Assembly (NCBI RefSeq): GCF_003704095.1 | Contig: NW_020845049.1 | Coordinates: 62,001 to 125,910, forward strand | Source of the DNA: Pocillopora damicornis | Taxonomy: Eukaryota | Direction of reading: 5' to 3' | Length of the DNA stretch: 63,910 nt | Part shown: positions 52,701 to 63,860 of the stretch, piece after piece | Layout: every line of letters starts with the position of its first letter | Numbering within the stretch: position 1 is the first letter of the stretch | The notes under the pieces: model-generated | What the model was told of the DNA's origin: nothing | The model's input: the letters and a program-made list of their open reading frames with translations, nothing else | Databases searched by the model: none | Translations under genes and position numbers: made by a program

Positions 52701-52805
52701 ATGTGGAAAATTATCAACAGGAATACTCTCGTACACACTCTTTTCCAAATATCGTAACTGGTATGTACAGAAAGGTAACAATTATGATAAGTGATTGCGA
52801 GATGA

Positions 52806-52817
52806 AGTTTCGTTTTC
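52806..52817. promoter_or_regulatory. ISRE-like (IRF) motif AGTTTCGTTTTC between RdRP copies 3 and 2
   Basis: Exact match to AGTTTCNNTTTC. It could occur by chance in AT-rich DNA. Confidence 0.25.
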
Positions 52818-53112
52818 ATAAGAAATATTACCTAAGAGTTTGCCTGTTGTCGATTTTCAATCTATAAACTAACTATTATCAGTCCATGTTTAAGCTGTGC
52901 TGGATGTCAGGAGTTCTTGTGAACCAAGCGTCAGAAGGCGGGAAAGCAAAAAATATCTAAACTTCCAAAAAGTGTTTTTTAAAGTGATGTTCTATGAGGT
53001 AACGCACATTCCCAACTTTGAGTTTTTAAAGTTTTTATCTTTTTTGTTCCACTCAGACCGCTAGATATCAATAGGTGGTATAAAAAGCTACTGCTCTCCT
53101 CCTCACGGGGGC

Positions 53113-54987
53113 CTAAGCTTCGCTCTTCTTTGTTTCAAATTGCATTCGCTCGAAAAACTCTTTTGCCTTACTGTCGATTCTCCTCATTATTTCATTCACA
53201 GATTCTTTCTCGCTAATGGCAAACACGCACGATAGCCTGTTAGGTAGTGAATTCGAGGGCAATTCCGAACTTGTCGGTTGTTCCGTTTCTTCAAGTTGCT
53301 TTTCGAGATCATTTGCATCTTTGGTGAAATTGGTGGCTTGGTATAACATCTTACTAAGGTGTCGGCATTCTTTCGATGATGGGCCATTGCCAGTAGCATA
53401 TTTCATGTATTCTCGTTCAATCTTAATCTGTGTTTCATCAGAGTATGTAGCAAAGTACTGCATCATTTCTTCACGATGTTTCACCTCTTTGCCATTGTCA
53501 TTTTTCTTGAATTTCTCAGTTACCTTTGCGAGCGATTTAGACGAAGTTCGACGAATTGTAGCTCCCTTTGTGGGCGAGTAGTCGCATGGTTTCTCGTTCC
53601 CACTTGGAATGATTTTCTTATCCCAGCAAACGAAGAACTTCTCTCCACTCAAGTCGCCGCCGGAACATTCAAAGGCATGAGGACGTGGACCTCTGGCGGG
53701 CAGCACCAGGCAGTCCTTCAAGTTCTCGTACCCTTCGCGATCATTCGTCAATTTCAACACGCGCAAATCCCCTGGGACGTAGCACGGACTGCGCGTCACC
53801 AAAAACTTTTGGCCGTTAGGGAAATTCCTTGCTTCTTCACTCGGGGTAGTAGGGTTGAAATAACATTCACCGTACTTCAGCTTATGTAGAGGATCGCTCA
53901 CTGCAAACACCACGCGGGATTTGGGAACAAGTACTCTTGTGTAGGCAGCCATTCCCATCTCGTCTAGCTCTTGCTTTTGTAACAATTTCAGGCGATTTCT
54001 CACACCACTGTCGATTCCATTCTCTTGAATTTCCTGCAGAAGTCGAAATTCTCCTTTGAAGGAAAGGAAGTATTCTGCGGTTTCTTTGCACATGTTTTCC
54101 ACTAGTTCATGGAAGCCATCTTGTAAATCTTCCAGATTCTCTGGGAACACACCACGTTCTGCCAGCAACATGACCATTCGAGAATTAAGGTAACCATTAA
54201 CGTAGGGACGCGAGTGATCCACGACATCGATGAAGTTGAACGTGTGAGGCATATTCTCGTCTGGTGTGAAGAACCTCTGCATTGATTTGTGAAACTGCAC
54301 CTTAACTTCTGTCAAATCATCTTTGAGACACAGCACGCCTTCGATTCCTCGATATCGTATGTGGACGGCGCTCGGCTTGTAATTCAGTTCAAAGATTTGT
54401 TGAAGTTCTGAAGCAAAGTTTGGAGACATGAAACCACATCCATCGGTGAAAGTGTACGACCTAACTACTCCACCCTTTTTATCTGGCTCGACTGTGTACT
54501 CGTCTGCTCTCAATGGCATGGTTCTGTTCAACCTTGAGAAGAGCATGCCGATTTTTCTAGCCCGCCTTGCTAAGTTTTTCTCCTCCCAAAAATTGCCGAA
54601 CTTTGACAAGAGCTCGTGAATTTCTTCATTAGAAGCTTTCATCATGTAACACGATTTTTCTTTTAGCTGTTTATCCGAGTGACCCAGGAAGAAGTACGAG
54701 CTTTGACGACAAAAAATCCCTCTTTCTAGCACGCTTTGGCAGAAGGCATTCGCTTCATCGACTGGTGTAATATTAAACGTCAATTTCATAAGTTTTTGAT
54801 GAAAGTCGGGCCCATCGCGTTGTTTCAAGTACTCTGTCAGCAAAGTGCTTTCGAGCTTTTCATACTCAACTTTGTAATCGTCTCGATCGATCCCATGAAA
54901 TTTGACGTGCAGTATGTGCGCTTCGGCTTGGTGGCCTTTTAAGGGGACATTAATATCTGACAAGTCTATGCACCGGTGGAAAGCCAT
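53113..54987 (-). CDS. RdRP-like protein, copy 3, catalytically degenerate (DLSGE); single coding exon, 624 aa from MAFHR
   Basis: FLGHSDKQLKE, FTDGCGFMS, GYLNSRM and RPHAFECSGG are retained. DLDGD is changed to DLSGE (53641-53655) and QVRYQGFKG to HIRYRGIEG. The start was chosen by homology with copy 4 (MAFNF). Confidence 0.88.
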   Translation of the reverse strand: MAFHRCIDLSDINVPLKGHQAEAHILHVKFHGIDRDDYKVEYEKLESTLLTEYLKQRDGPDFHQKLMKLTFNITPVDEANAFCQSVLERGIFCRQSSYFFLGHSDKQLKEKSCYMMKASNEEIHELLSKFGNFWEEKNLARRARKIGMLFSRLNRTMPLRADEYTVEPDKKGGVVRSYTFTDGCGFMSPNFASELQQIFELNYKPSAVHIRYRGIEGVLCLKDDLTEVKVQFHKSMQRFFTPDENMPHTFNFIDVVDHSRPYVNGYLNSRMVMLLAERGVFPENLEDLQDGFHELVENMCKETAEYFLSFKGEFRLLQEIQENGIDSGVRNRLKLLQKQELDEMGMAAYTRVLVPKSRVVFAVSDPLHKLKYGECYFNPTTPSEEARNFPNGQKFLVTRSPCYVPGDLRVLKLTNDREGYENLKDCLVLPARGPRPHAFECSGGDLSGEKFFVCWDKKIIPSGNEKPCDYSPTKGATIRRTSSKSLAKVTEKFKKNDNGKEVKHREEMMQYFATYSDETQIKIEREYMKYATGNGPSSKECRHLSKMLYQATNFTKDANDLEKQLEETEQPTSSELPSNSLPNRLSCVFAISEKESVNEIMRRIDSKAKEFFERMQFETKKSEA

Positions 54988-55272
54988 CAGATTATTCAGG
55001 TTGGACCGGACGTAGTCTTGTCTTCGTTCCCTGTGAAAAAACATACCAGCACTCAATTAAGGTTATGCAAAGACTCATTGAAATCGTTAATATTTATTAG
55101 AAGCCTGTCAGCAAAAGGGCAAGGCAAATTGGAACCTGGCCAACCACGAACACAGAAGGGGTCTGTTATCCAGTTTTGCTCCTCAGAAATGCGAAACTTC
55201 GAAACTTTATCGCCAAAATAAAAATGTACACCTCTAGCGAACTGGTAATTATGGGGTTTTAATCGAACCTAT

Positions 55273-55282
55273 GGAATTCCCC
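55273..55282 (-). promoter_or_regulatory. NF-kB consensus site GGGGAATTCC upstream of RdRP-like copy 3
   Basis: Exact GGGRNWYYCC match ~290 bp upstream of the ATG. Function untested. Confidence 0.3.
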
Positions 55283-56309
55283 GCATGTCAGTAATAACTA
55301 GTACCTGCTGTTTTGTTCATTAAACCGTAAAACTGCATGTTTCACGTAAGGTCATAACTACAATTAGCGTTCAACTGTAAATTGGTTTTTTGTAAAACTG
55401 CCAATCCACCTGTGGGATCCTGAAATTATTCAGTGACTCAGAACAGGTTTTGCTTTGTCCAATAGGAACTTGCATTTCTGTTGATGTTGACGTTTATGAA
55501 ACAGCGTCCTCATGATTTGATGTAACTGGGCGTTGTGATGTGTTCTTTCGCTCGAACAAATTTCATTTCGTCCTCCTGGAAAGGTTTTAAGAGCTTCTTT
55601 AAAGAGAAAAGTTTCATCTATAAAAGACGCCGGTTTAGGATGCGCGATTAAAGAATTTTCACATCCAGAAATCACAAAAGAAACTCCCGGCGGTGATAGA
55701 GTCGAGAAAATAGCCACAGGAAGAACAGAAGAAAACCTCGGTTTTTGAGAGGAAGTATTACAGTTGAAATTGAAAAAGCACAGGTCGAGAAAAAGTTACT
55801 AAAAAGCGCCGGAACTATAATAAAAATTACTCAAAACAGACAAAAGTACCTGGAGGATTCCCCTTTTATTTGGTAGCTTGCGTGACCTTCTTTTTCTTAA
55901 TGAATTTTTATAATTAATTATACTTTCAATGAAAAAACCATGAAAAAGTTACCGAAGATTTAAAAATAAAGCTGAGGAAAGCTGAGATTTTCAACATTTT
56001 ATACGATGAATCTGGACTTCAGGAATACGTGCCAAATACCATCTCATAACATTCTTGCCTGTCAAAATATATTATTTGACGATCTCAGAAACCAGCGAAA
56101 TTATATGTTTTAAACATGCGACTGATATAATGTAGCAATATTGTGTCTCGAACGCGGCAGTGAGCGTGAATACTCCCTTAATTTCAGTTGAGCTGAAACC
56201 TTTCCTCCAAACCAGTGTTTGCTGTTCTTGCAATAAATTTTAGCACTCAAACGTCATTTAAACTCGATTTTCTAAACTTTCTACCCTGTTCTACTTTCTC
56301 TTTTTAAGG

Positions 56310-56560
56310 GATAAGTTTCTAAAGGAACTGTGGTACTGCGTCGTTGGGGTATTATAAGATAATTTGGTTTAATCAACTGACTTGGTAATGTAAATTGACC
56401 ACTGTAAGGAGTTTCTAAAACTGACGTTTGGAGCGTTAGCCCTTCGTCAGAGCAAATGACGACTGCCGAGGGCTAACGCTTGAAATGCCACGTTTAAATA
56501 TTCCGTTTATAGTGGTCAACTTACAGTATCAACTCAATTGATAAAACCAAATTACTTTAT
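56310..56560. mobile_element. Penelope-like terminal repeats, inverted pair, with degenerate hammerhead motifs
   Basis: ctaaaggaactgtggtactgcg...ctgacgtttggagcgttagcccttcgtcagagc, followed by the inverted gagggctaacgcttgaaa...ttgataaaaccaaatta. Confidence 0.55.
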
Positions 56561-56849
56561 TAGTAGCTTCCAGTTTGTCTCAAATTTGCCCTTGGTTGGC
56601 CGAATTAGGACTAGTGAAATATGTCAATATTTTTTTTTAGCGATATTGTAGTGTTTCGATGCTTCTTGAGACTCTATTGACCCGAAGTTTATTCTTAAGT
56701 TTGAAAATGATTGTCCTCGTCATAACACCTACTTGATGTTTGAGCAGTAAGTTGCATGTACCGGTAAGTTAAACTTGATTATGAAGAACGATGCAAAGAA
56801 TATGCCTACTGATATTGGTATAGGTGCGAAAAGGGCGCAATTGTTTGAG

Positions 56850-57142
56850 TAGCCTGCAGAGCAGGCGTACTTTTGGCGAGGGAGTGCTCAGTAATTTCAT
56901 AACGAAAATTATAGCCGCCATCTTTAGTTCTAATGACAGCGAAAGGCTGGGGAGAGAAATAAATTTGTACCAAGGGGGCGGTCCACGGTCAAAAATAAAG
57001 AGGGCGGTAGGGGTGGGGGAAAGCCCTTTCCCCCGCCCCCTACCCCCACCGTCCACTCTAACTGCAAATCAAACATAGCCGGTCGGATAAACGATCGCGA
57101 TCTTATAACGTTAGCTCGCACTCATAAGACGCCTGCAGGCTA
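56850..57142. mobile_element. MITE with TAGCCTGCAG terminal inverted repeats
   Basis: tagcctgcag ... ctgcaggcta termini. Confidence 0.6.
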
Positions 57143-60100
57143 CTGTTTGAGGAAAAAAATATGTATGAGGACATCAAAACTGAAACTTTTCGATTGCGTT
57201 TTTTTCCTGTCAGTACAGATGACTCGTAGATAAAAATCCGATCTCTTGAAGCGAGGGATTATTTCAAGTCGAACTATCCAAAATTTCCCATTGCCAATTT
57301 GGTAAACAAAGAAGCTTGGGGAAATCATGTGCATAGCACGCTTTAGAGAGAGGATGTGTACCAGATTTCACGCACTCATTTCATTCGTCAGCCGGAATCT
57401 TTTAACCTCATCGTAAGAAGAGTGATGTTTTACTTTACAGTTATAAAATCAATTCCCCAAACCTTGAACCACTTCGTTGCCCATTGCACCAAAATCAGGG
57501 CAAACTTTCAATTTTTAAACCAAATAAATTTTCGAAATACTTTAAAAAGTAACACGAAAATAAAGTTTTCGTGTTATATAAGCCATGAACATCACGCAAC
57601 AAGTGATGATAACAAAATGGCACGAAAATGGATGAGTGGTCATATGCACAACACGCTTCCGAGCTAAAATTACATAACAGAGATAAAAAAATTTTTTTCG
57701 GAAGAACGATGTTTCCACTGTCACGTTTTATAGATGTTGAAGATTTGTCTCAAAAGGTTTAAGTTCATGATCTATAAGCCAAGTTAAACCTCTCAGGCTT
57801 TCGTTAATCTCGTCCCGACATGGGCCTGTTATTGCCTGTTTGTTTTGTTTGAACAAAGCTAAAATCGACAGATCAGCAGGCAACTTTCTGAATTTGATCT
57901 GTTCTTTGCCAACACGAATGCATAATTTTCTTTAATTTGATCTGTTCTCTTCAACATGGCTGCATAATCTAGCTTTGTGGCGTCAAACCATTTGTTTCTA
58001 CCTTTCGTTATATCACCGAGAAATACTAACAACCTGGTCTGCATTTTCCACGTCTTACCAGAGCGAAGCTATGTGGTATTCTATCATTACGTAACCCACA
58101 TTTGTTAATTCAATGCAATTGTCCATGTTAGTGACACATACGCAGTAATCCACTTCACAGAAAGATGACAGAAGAAAATTATTTAATTTAAAACGGAAGA
58201 GAGCGAATCACAAGACCGAGAAGTTGATAGGTTACTCGGATGTAATCTCTCATCTTTTAAACTTAAAAAACATCGCAACTATCATTTATTTTCTATCAGT
58301 CGATCTAAACATTTATCATTGTCGAGTCAAGGGCAAATTCCGGAAAAACTTGTGGCAGGATTTGCTCCAAAGAACCGTTTTCTACCTATGCATTTCAACA
58401 CAAATAGTCGTAATTTATAATAGACTTAATCAAATGTCAATCGAAACTGAATTTTTAACTTCATCGTTATCAGTAATCTGGCTCACTTACTGCAGTTGTG
58501 ATCTGAAACAATATGATTACTTGCCTTAGAGTCGTTTGTCTTTGTTCTTAGACAGTTGTTCTGGAAGCTGCATTGTCAACGAACTGAATCACAACAGAGA
58601 CAAACTCCAGTTGACCATCACGAGGATCGGTTATAATCAAAGGTCTATTAATTTGAAAAATTATTAGAATTATTTTAATACTCTTGTAGATGTAATATGA
58701 AAACGAAACAAGTTTTAAGAACAGTAATCATATGATCATCAGACACTTAGGAGACGAATGGAAGAGTGCAAACGGAATAAATAATTTCTGGCTCTGTGAT
58801 AAGACGCTTACGTTTGACAAATTTGGTGTTATGTCCGCTTCTGACACGATAATAAAGCGAACGTTTTGCTCTTTCGAAAGGAAGTTAGCCGAAATTTTTA
58901 AAATTTTAAATATTTTTCTCTGAATGGGAGAATTCATTTATATTTTATGAAAATGTTTGGCGGCTTGTACAGATAAATACGTTCCCTAACAATTCATAAA
59001 CGATGTATTGTTTTCAAAGTACTTTTGTCGAGAAAATTGCGTTGTCATCACTCTCACGGTTTGCTGTACCACCGCGTTTTTTGTACTCATATATGAAATA
59101 TTGATAAAATATATTAACAAATTCTGATCCTTCCAAAAAATACTCATCTACGCTGACGAAATTCTCCCGATCGCAACACAACAGAACTCTGACAAACAAA
59201 AAGGTGAACTATGAACCAACAGGTATGTCGTGTGGATTGATCAGCAATTGAAATTACATTTCTAAGGAGAACCGAAAACTTGGTAAGTCTTCTATTTAAT
59301 TTTTCTTAGACAGCGAACTTTTCAAATAATCCTACAGTGTGATTATCCTCATTTCTTACCTTACATAAAAATCTTAAGTCCTCTTAACCATCTATGGACG
59401 TATCGTCAAAGCCCAGTAATGTTTTTAGTTTCTGGGACCTTTGTCCAACTGTCCTTTGTGAAAGGTTCAAGTTCACTTGGTGTCTATTATAGCCAAATGA
59501 CGTCAACGACAACAAAACCTTCCTTTTTGGTGTTCCCCAGGCTCCCTGTATAAGGTTGTCCACGGCCGTGACCGCGCCTGGGTACGAGACTGTGGTGTCA
59601 ACCCGTCTGTTTAGGCATTTGGTAGTTTTCAAGTTCTTTGCTTATCATCGATTTTATCACTCACTATTTTGTCCTGCTAGTGTCTGGAGCCTTTGCTTAT
59701 GACGTCCACGGAGCGCTCGCTCTTGGAAATTTCCGCTCATTAAAAAAAAAGGAACACACTTTAGAGCAGTCGGCCAAAGTTTGATGATTTATATTTAAAT
59801 ATTATACTTTTGATAAATGCTGACAATTATTTAAAATAAAACATAACGCCTTTTTTTATTTACTACATCCCCCTAACAAATATCAGTGTTCTATTTTCGG
59901 CTCACATGTCGAACTTAAAGATCTAGCATCCTTACGAAGTTTCCTCCGACAAGTCTACGCTATACTTTGGAAACAAAAGCGCTGACTATCTATGTGGATG
60001 TCTCATTTATGTCATTTCTATCACTGTTGGGGTAACCCTTTGTGACGTTAAGTAATGTAGTTCTATTTCAAAGCAAAGTTGATTTGTTTTCTACGCATGT

Positions 60101-60763
60101 CTTTACCACTGACATCTGACGTGACAAATTTCGGCTCCAGCGTGTCATTACTGATCCTTACTTTGATATAGTAAAACCTCTTGAAATTTTTGCTCAATCC
60201 AGCCGTAACGACAGGAAAATTTAATATCAAAACAACAGTCGAATGCTTTAAAGAGAAAACGGTGAATCCTTACAAACGCTAAGGCCAACTCATTCGTCTA
60301 AATTAATGTTTTGTCATACAAAGAGATATTCGTTTTATTGCACTCTCATTTTAAGACATTACTATCGATTTTTTCGACGACTGAGGTTATAATATCCAGC
60401 AAGAAATTCCTATGTATACTGTCTTTAAAACCCTATGATAGAAAATAAGGAAACTTTCAACAGTTCAGAGTATATCTTTTACGTTAATTGTATAGTTAGA
60501 TGATGATAGGCCGAGTAGAAACCGTTGCGTGACCATTCAGCGACGGTGTATGCGTGACCATCCAACAAAGGTGTAAGCACAGCAAGTTCATATCTGTAAC
60601 GCAACTTCTTTTTTCTCAAAAATAGTTTTGCAAGAAAAAAAGGTATGGTAATGTATTGTTAAGAGTAGTTATGATTGGGTCGCTATAACAAGTAAACGGC
60701 TCTTATGAGCCACCTCCAATGAAGTGGATGTAGAAAACTGCCGTCATTAACTCTCCCTGAAAT

Positions 60764-62836
60764 TTACACGACGATCTTCCTCATTTCACGCTGCATACGG
60801 TGAACAAATTCCTTGGCTTTGTCGTCAATCTTTTGCCATATTTTAATACCACGGTGACAGGAATCTCCTGCGCTACCTTCGCATGCAGTCGTCGCGGACA
60901 TTGTGTTGTGTCTGAGTGACTGCCGCTCCTCGAAATCCTCTTCGTCGAGTGATGAATCCAAACTTGCCGCTAAACTTGTAGACCGACTTCCGGTAAGGCT
61001 CACTTGCCTTCTTGACGGTCCACTGATTGTGCTTAGCTCATGCTCTGTCTCCGGATTTTCATATGCATGCTGTGGCTCGTGGTCAATTGGTAGACCTGTG
61101 CTCTTTCCTGAGGGTATCTTAGGCTTTATGCTGTTGAGCTCTTCCTGCAAATCCTGAAGATCCTCTCCAGGGATGGTAACTTGGTACAACATCTTGCTGA
61201 GATGTCGAAATTCTTTTGATGAGAGGCTCGATGTCGTTGCACATTGCAAGTATGCCTGTTCGATCTCTTTGCTTATTTGATCAGAATATGTGGCAAAATA
61301 CAGCTCCATTTCCTTTCTGTCTTCCACTCCTTTGCTTGGGTTGGTTCTCTTGAATTTCGAGGCAACTTTGGAGACAATGTGAGCCACAGCTGGGGAAATT
61401 TTAGCTTTAATGGAGGGCGAATAGTTGCATGGTTTCTCTTCTCCACTCGGAAGGATGCTTTGATCCCAGCTGACGAAGAATTTTTTTCCGCTCAGGTCAC
61501 CTCCGAAACATTCAAACGCATGGGGACGTGGGCCTTTGACGGGCAACACCAGACAATCCTTCAGTTTCTCGTACCCTTTTCTTTTGTCAGTCATTTTCAA
61601 CACACGCACATCTCCTGGATGATAACATTGGCTTCGCATTACTACAAACTTCTGGCCGGCAGTAAAATCTCGTGCCTTGTTACCAGGAAGAGTGGGATTG
61701 AAGTAGCACTCACCATAGTTCAACTTGTTGAGAGGATCACACACGGCAAATACTTCGCGAGATTTGGGGACAAGAACTCTTGTGTACGTAGCTATCTCCA
61801 TTTCTTCCAGCTCGCGCTTCTGTAAACGCTTAAGTTCCCTTTTTGTGCGACCGTCAATTCCGTTGTCTTGGATTACTTGCAAAAGATAAATTTCTCCCAT
61901 TAACATTAGGAAGTACTCAGAGTCAGAGGTTCCTTTGTTTATGCCTTCCAACAACTCATGGTAGTCATCTTGTAAGGCCTCAAGACTCTGGGCAGAAACA
62001 CCACGTTCTTCAAGCAACATGATCATTCGAGAGTTAAGATAACCATTGGTGAATGGGCGTGAATAACCGATAACATTGACGATGTTAAAAACGTCAGGCT
62101 TTTCTCCATCAGGATCCAGGAACTTTTGCATTGATTTGTGGAACTGCACTTTAATACCACTCAGATCTTCTTTAAGAATTAGCATGCCCTCTATTCCTCG
62201 ATAGCGTACGTGGACGGCGCTAGGCTGGTAATCAAGACCTAAGACTTCTTGCACTTCGGAAGCGAATCTTAAAGACATGAAACCACATCCATCGGTGAAA
62301 GTGTGCGAGGGGAAAACTCCATCTGTCACATCTGGTTCGACCTTGAAATAATTTTCATCTAAGTGGACAGTTTTTATTAATGGTGAAAAGAGCATGGCGA
62401 TTTTGCTGGCACGCTTTGCCACATTTTTCTCACCAGAAAAGTCTCCAAACTTTGACAAGAGGTCGTGGATTTCTTCATGTGTTGCTGCAATAAAGTAACA
62501 AGATTTTTTCGCAAGCTGCTCATCCGAGTGACCAAGGTAGATGTATGGGCGCTGACGACAAAATATCCCCCTTTCCAAAACGCTTCGGCAGAAGTTATTT
62601 GCAACTTCGACAGGCGTGATATTAAAAGTCAGCTTCATGAGATTTTCGTGAAAGTCAGGCCCATCACGTTGTCTCAGGTATTCTGTCAGCATGGTGCTTT
62701 TGAGCTTTTCATACTCAACGTTATAGTCCTTTTTACCATTGCCATGGAATTGTACATGAATTAGGAGGGCATCATCTCTGGTGGTCTCTGCTAGCCTAGG
62801 AACGTCTGGCACTTCTATGCAGAAATTAAAGGCCAT
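60764..62836 (-). CDS. RdRP-like protein, copy 4, catalytically degenerate (DLSGK); single coding exon, 690 aa
   Basis: YLGHSDEQL, FTDGCGFMS, GYLNSRM and YHPGD are retained. DLSGK lies at 61484-61498, with HVRYRGIEG. There is a Ser/acidic C-terminal insertion. Confidence 0.9.
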   Translation of the reverse strand: MAFNFCIEVPDVPRLAETTRDDALLIHVQFHGNGKKDYNVEYEKLKSTMLTEYLRQRDGPDFHENLMKLTFNITPVEVANNFCRSVLERGIFCRQRPYIYLGHSDEQLAKKSCYFIAATHEEIHDLLSKFGDFSGEKNVAKRASKIAMLFSPLIKTVHLDENYFKVEPDVTDGVFPSHTFTDGCGFMSLRFASEVQEVLGLDYQPSAVHVRYRGIEGMLILKEDLSGIKVQFHKSMQKFLDPDGEKPDVFNIVNVIGYSRPFTNGYLNSRMIMLLEERGVSAQSLEALQDDYHELLEGINKGTSDSEYFLMLMGEIYLLQVIQDNGIDGRTKRELKRLQKRELEEMEIATYTRVLVPKSREVFAVCDPLNKLNYGECYFNPTLPGNKARDFTAGQKFVVMRSQCYHPGDVRVLKMTDKRKGYEKLKDCLVLPVKGPRPHAFECFGGDLSGKKFFVSWDQSILPSGEEKPCNYSPSIKAKISPAVAHIVSKVASKFKRTNPSKGVEDRKEMELYFATYSDQISKEIEQAYLQCATTSSLSSKEFRHLSKMLYQVTIPGEDLQDLQEELNSIKPKIPSGKSTGLPIDHEPQHAYENPETEHELSTISGPSRRQVSLTGSRSTSLAASLDSSLDEEDFEERQSLRHNTMSATTACEGSAGDSCHRGIKIWQKIDDKAKEFVHRMQREMRKIVV

Positions 62837-63649
62837 TTGATGTATTTTATAGACTGACAGGGCTTGGAAATCTTCGACTCTATTTCCTATAATGAAAAAG
62901 ATTCAAAACTTGAATGAACGAATACACTTACAAACATTGTGAGCGCCGCTGAGATACCCCGAAACACTCAGACAGTAGGCTCATTTCAGGAAAGGGCCGT
63001 GCGTGTCATAGAATATAATAGTCTTTCCTTGTTATTAACTCAAGTATGTATTAACTCTTCAAGACGAGGAGTAGTTAAATCAAAACCCGGCCCGTTATAC
63101 AACGATTCTTCATATCAATACCATTGAGGAATTATCAATTTATCATATCATGTAATATTGCTAAATTGGACGATGTTTGTATACTAACTTAAACACCTTG
63201 TTTTGAAATTTTAAATTAAGCCGTGAGATTTTACATTTTCATCCAGTTGAAGTAAGTCTGGTGAGGTGCTCTAAAGGAATTCGTGTCGCACTCTAGCTGA
63301 GATGAACTAAGATAGATGTAAAACAGATGTGCGGAACACGATCAGTCAAGAGGGCTGGAACTTGATGCTCGGCAATGAAATCTACAAAAAAGATCATTCC
63401 TTTCCGATAATGATATTAATTGATTAATTTCAGTAACTGATTATTTTGTTCCTTACACTGCTTTTCTAAACTTCTGTTAACCAAGTACACGCGTTTAAAT
63501 CCAAACCTTCTCCAGAGTTCTTATGAACTCAGTGTAGGTGCCTCGTGAGTGCATTAGTTTAATTTACATACCGCTTAAGTTTAGAAACGGCAGTGACATT
63601 TCCCTTCAGGCAGCTCATGCTATACGGAAGTTGAATGCAGCAACTGCAC

Positions 63650-63860
63650 ATCTACTTAGGCTTCAAGCTGCACAGAACTTCGCCACCCGAATCATCAGCA
63701 ACAACAGGAAGTTCGATAACGTAACCCCAATCTTAATAGATTTACGCTGGCTTTCAGTCAAATCGCAGCTATACTATCGCGATGCTTTACTCGCATTCTA
63801 AAGCATGTCTTGTCTTGTCTGTCCTTACCTTGCCTCGCTTTTCTTAAAGCGAAGAGAGGC
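63650..63860 (+). mobile_element. Degenerate L2/Crack-like LINE RT C-terminal fragment
   Basis: LQAAQNFATRIISNNRKFDNVTPILIDLRWLSVKSQLYYRD matches the LQ.VQN.AARI......DH.TP.L..L.WL motif; a stop follows. Confidence 0.7.

Noticed and set aside
54988-55056. N-terminal MSAGMFFHR extension of copy 3 from the ORF track
   Set aside because: It uses a non-ATG start and overlaps a polypyrimidine/AG acceptor. Homology with copy 4 begins at MAF.
61244-61825. Antisense ORFs overlapping the RdRP genes (e.g. the 193-aa ORF here, and 53476-53889)
   Set aside because: Shadow ORFs of the coding strand with no independent protein signal.
34592-62836. RdRP ORFs as endogenous RNA-virus polymerases
   Set aside because: The motifs (DxDGD, TDGCG, RNPC.HPGD) belong to cellular two-barrel RdRPs, not viral right-hand GDD polymerases, and a spliceosomal intron is present.
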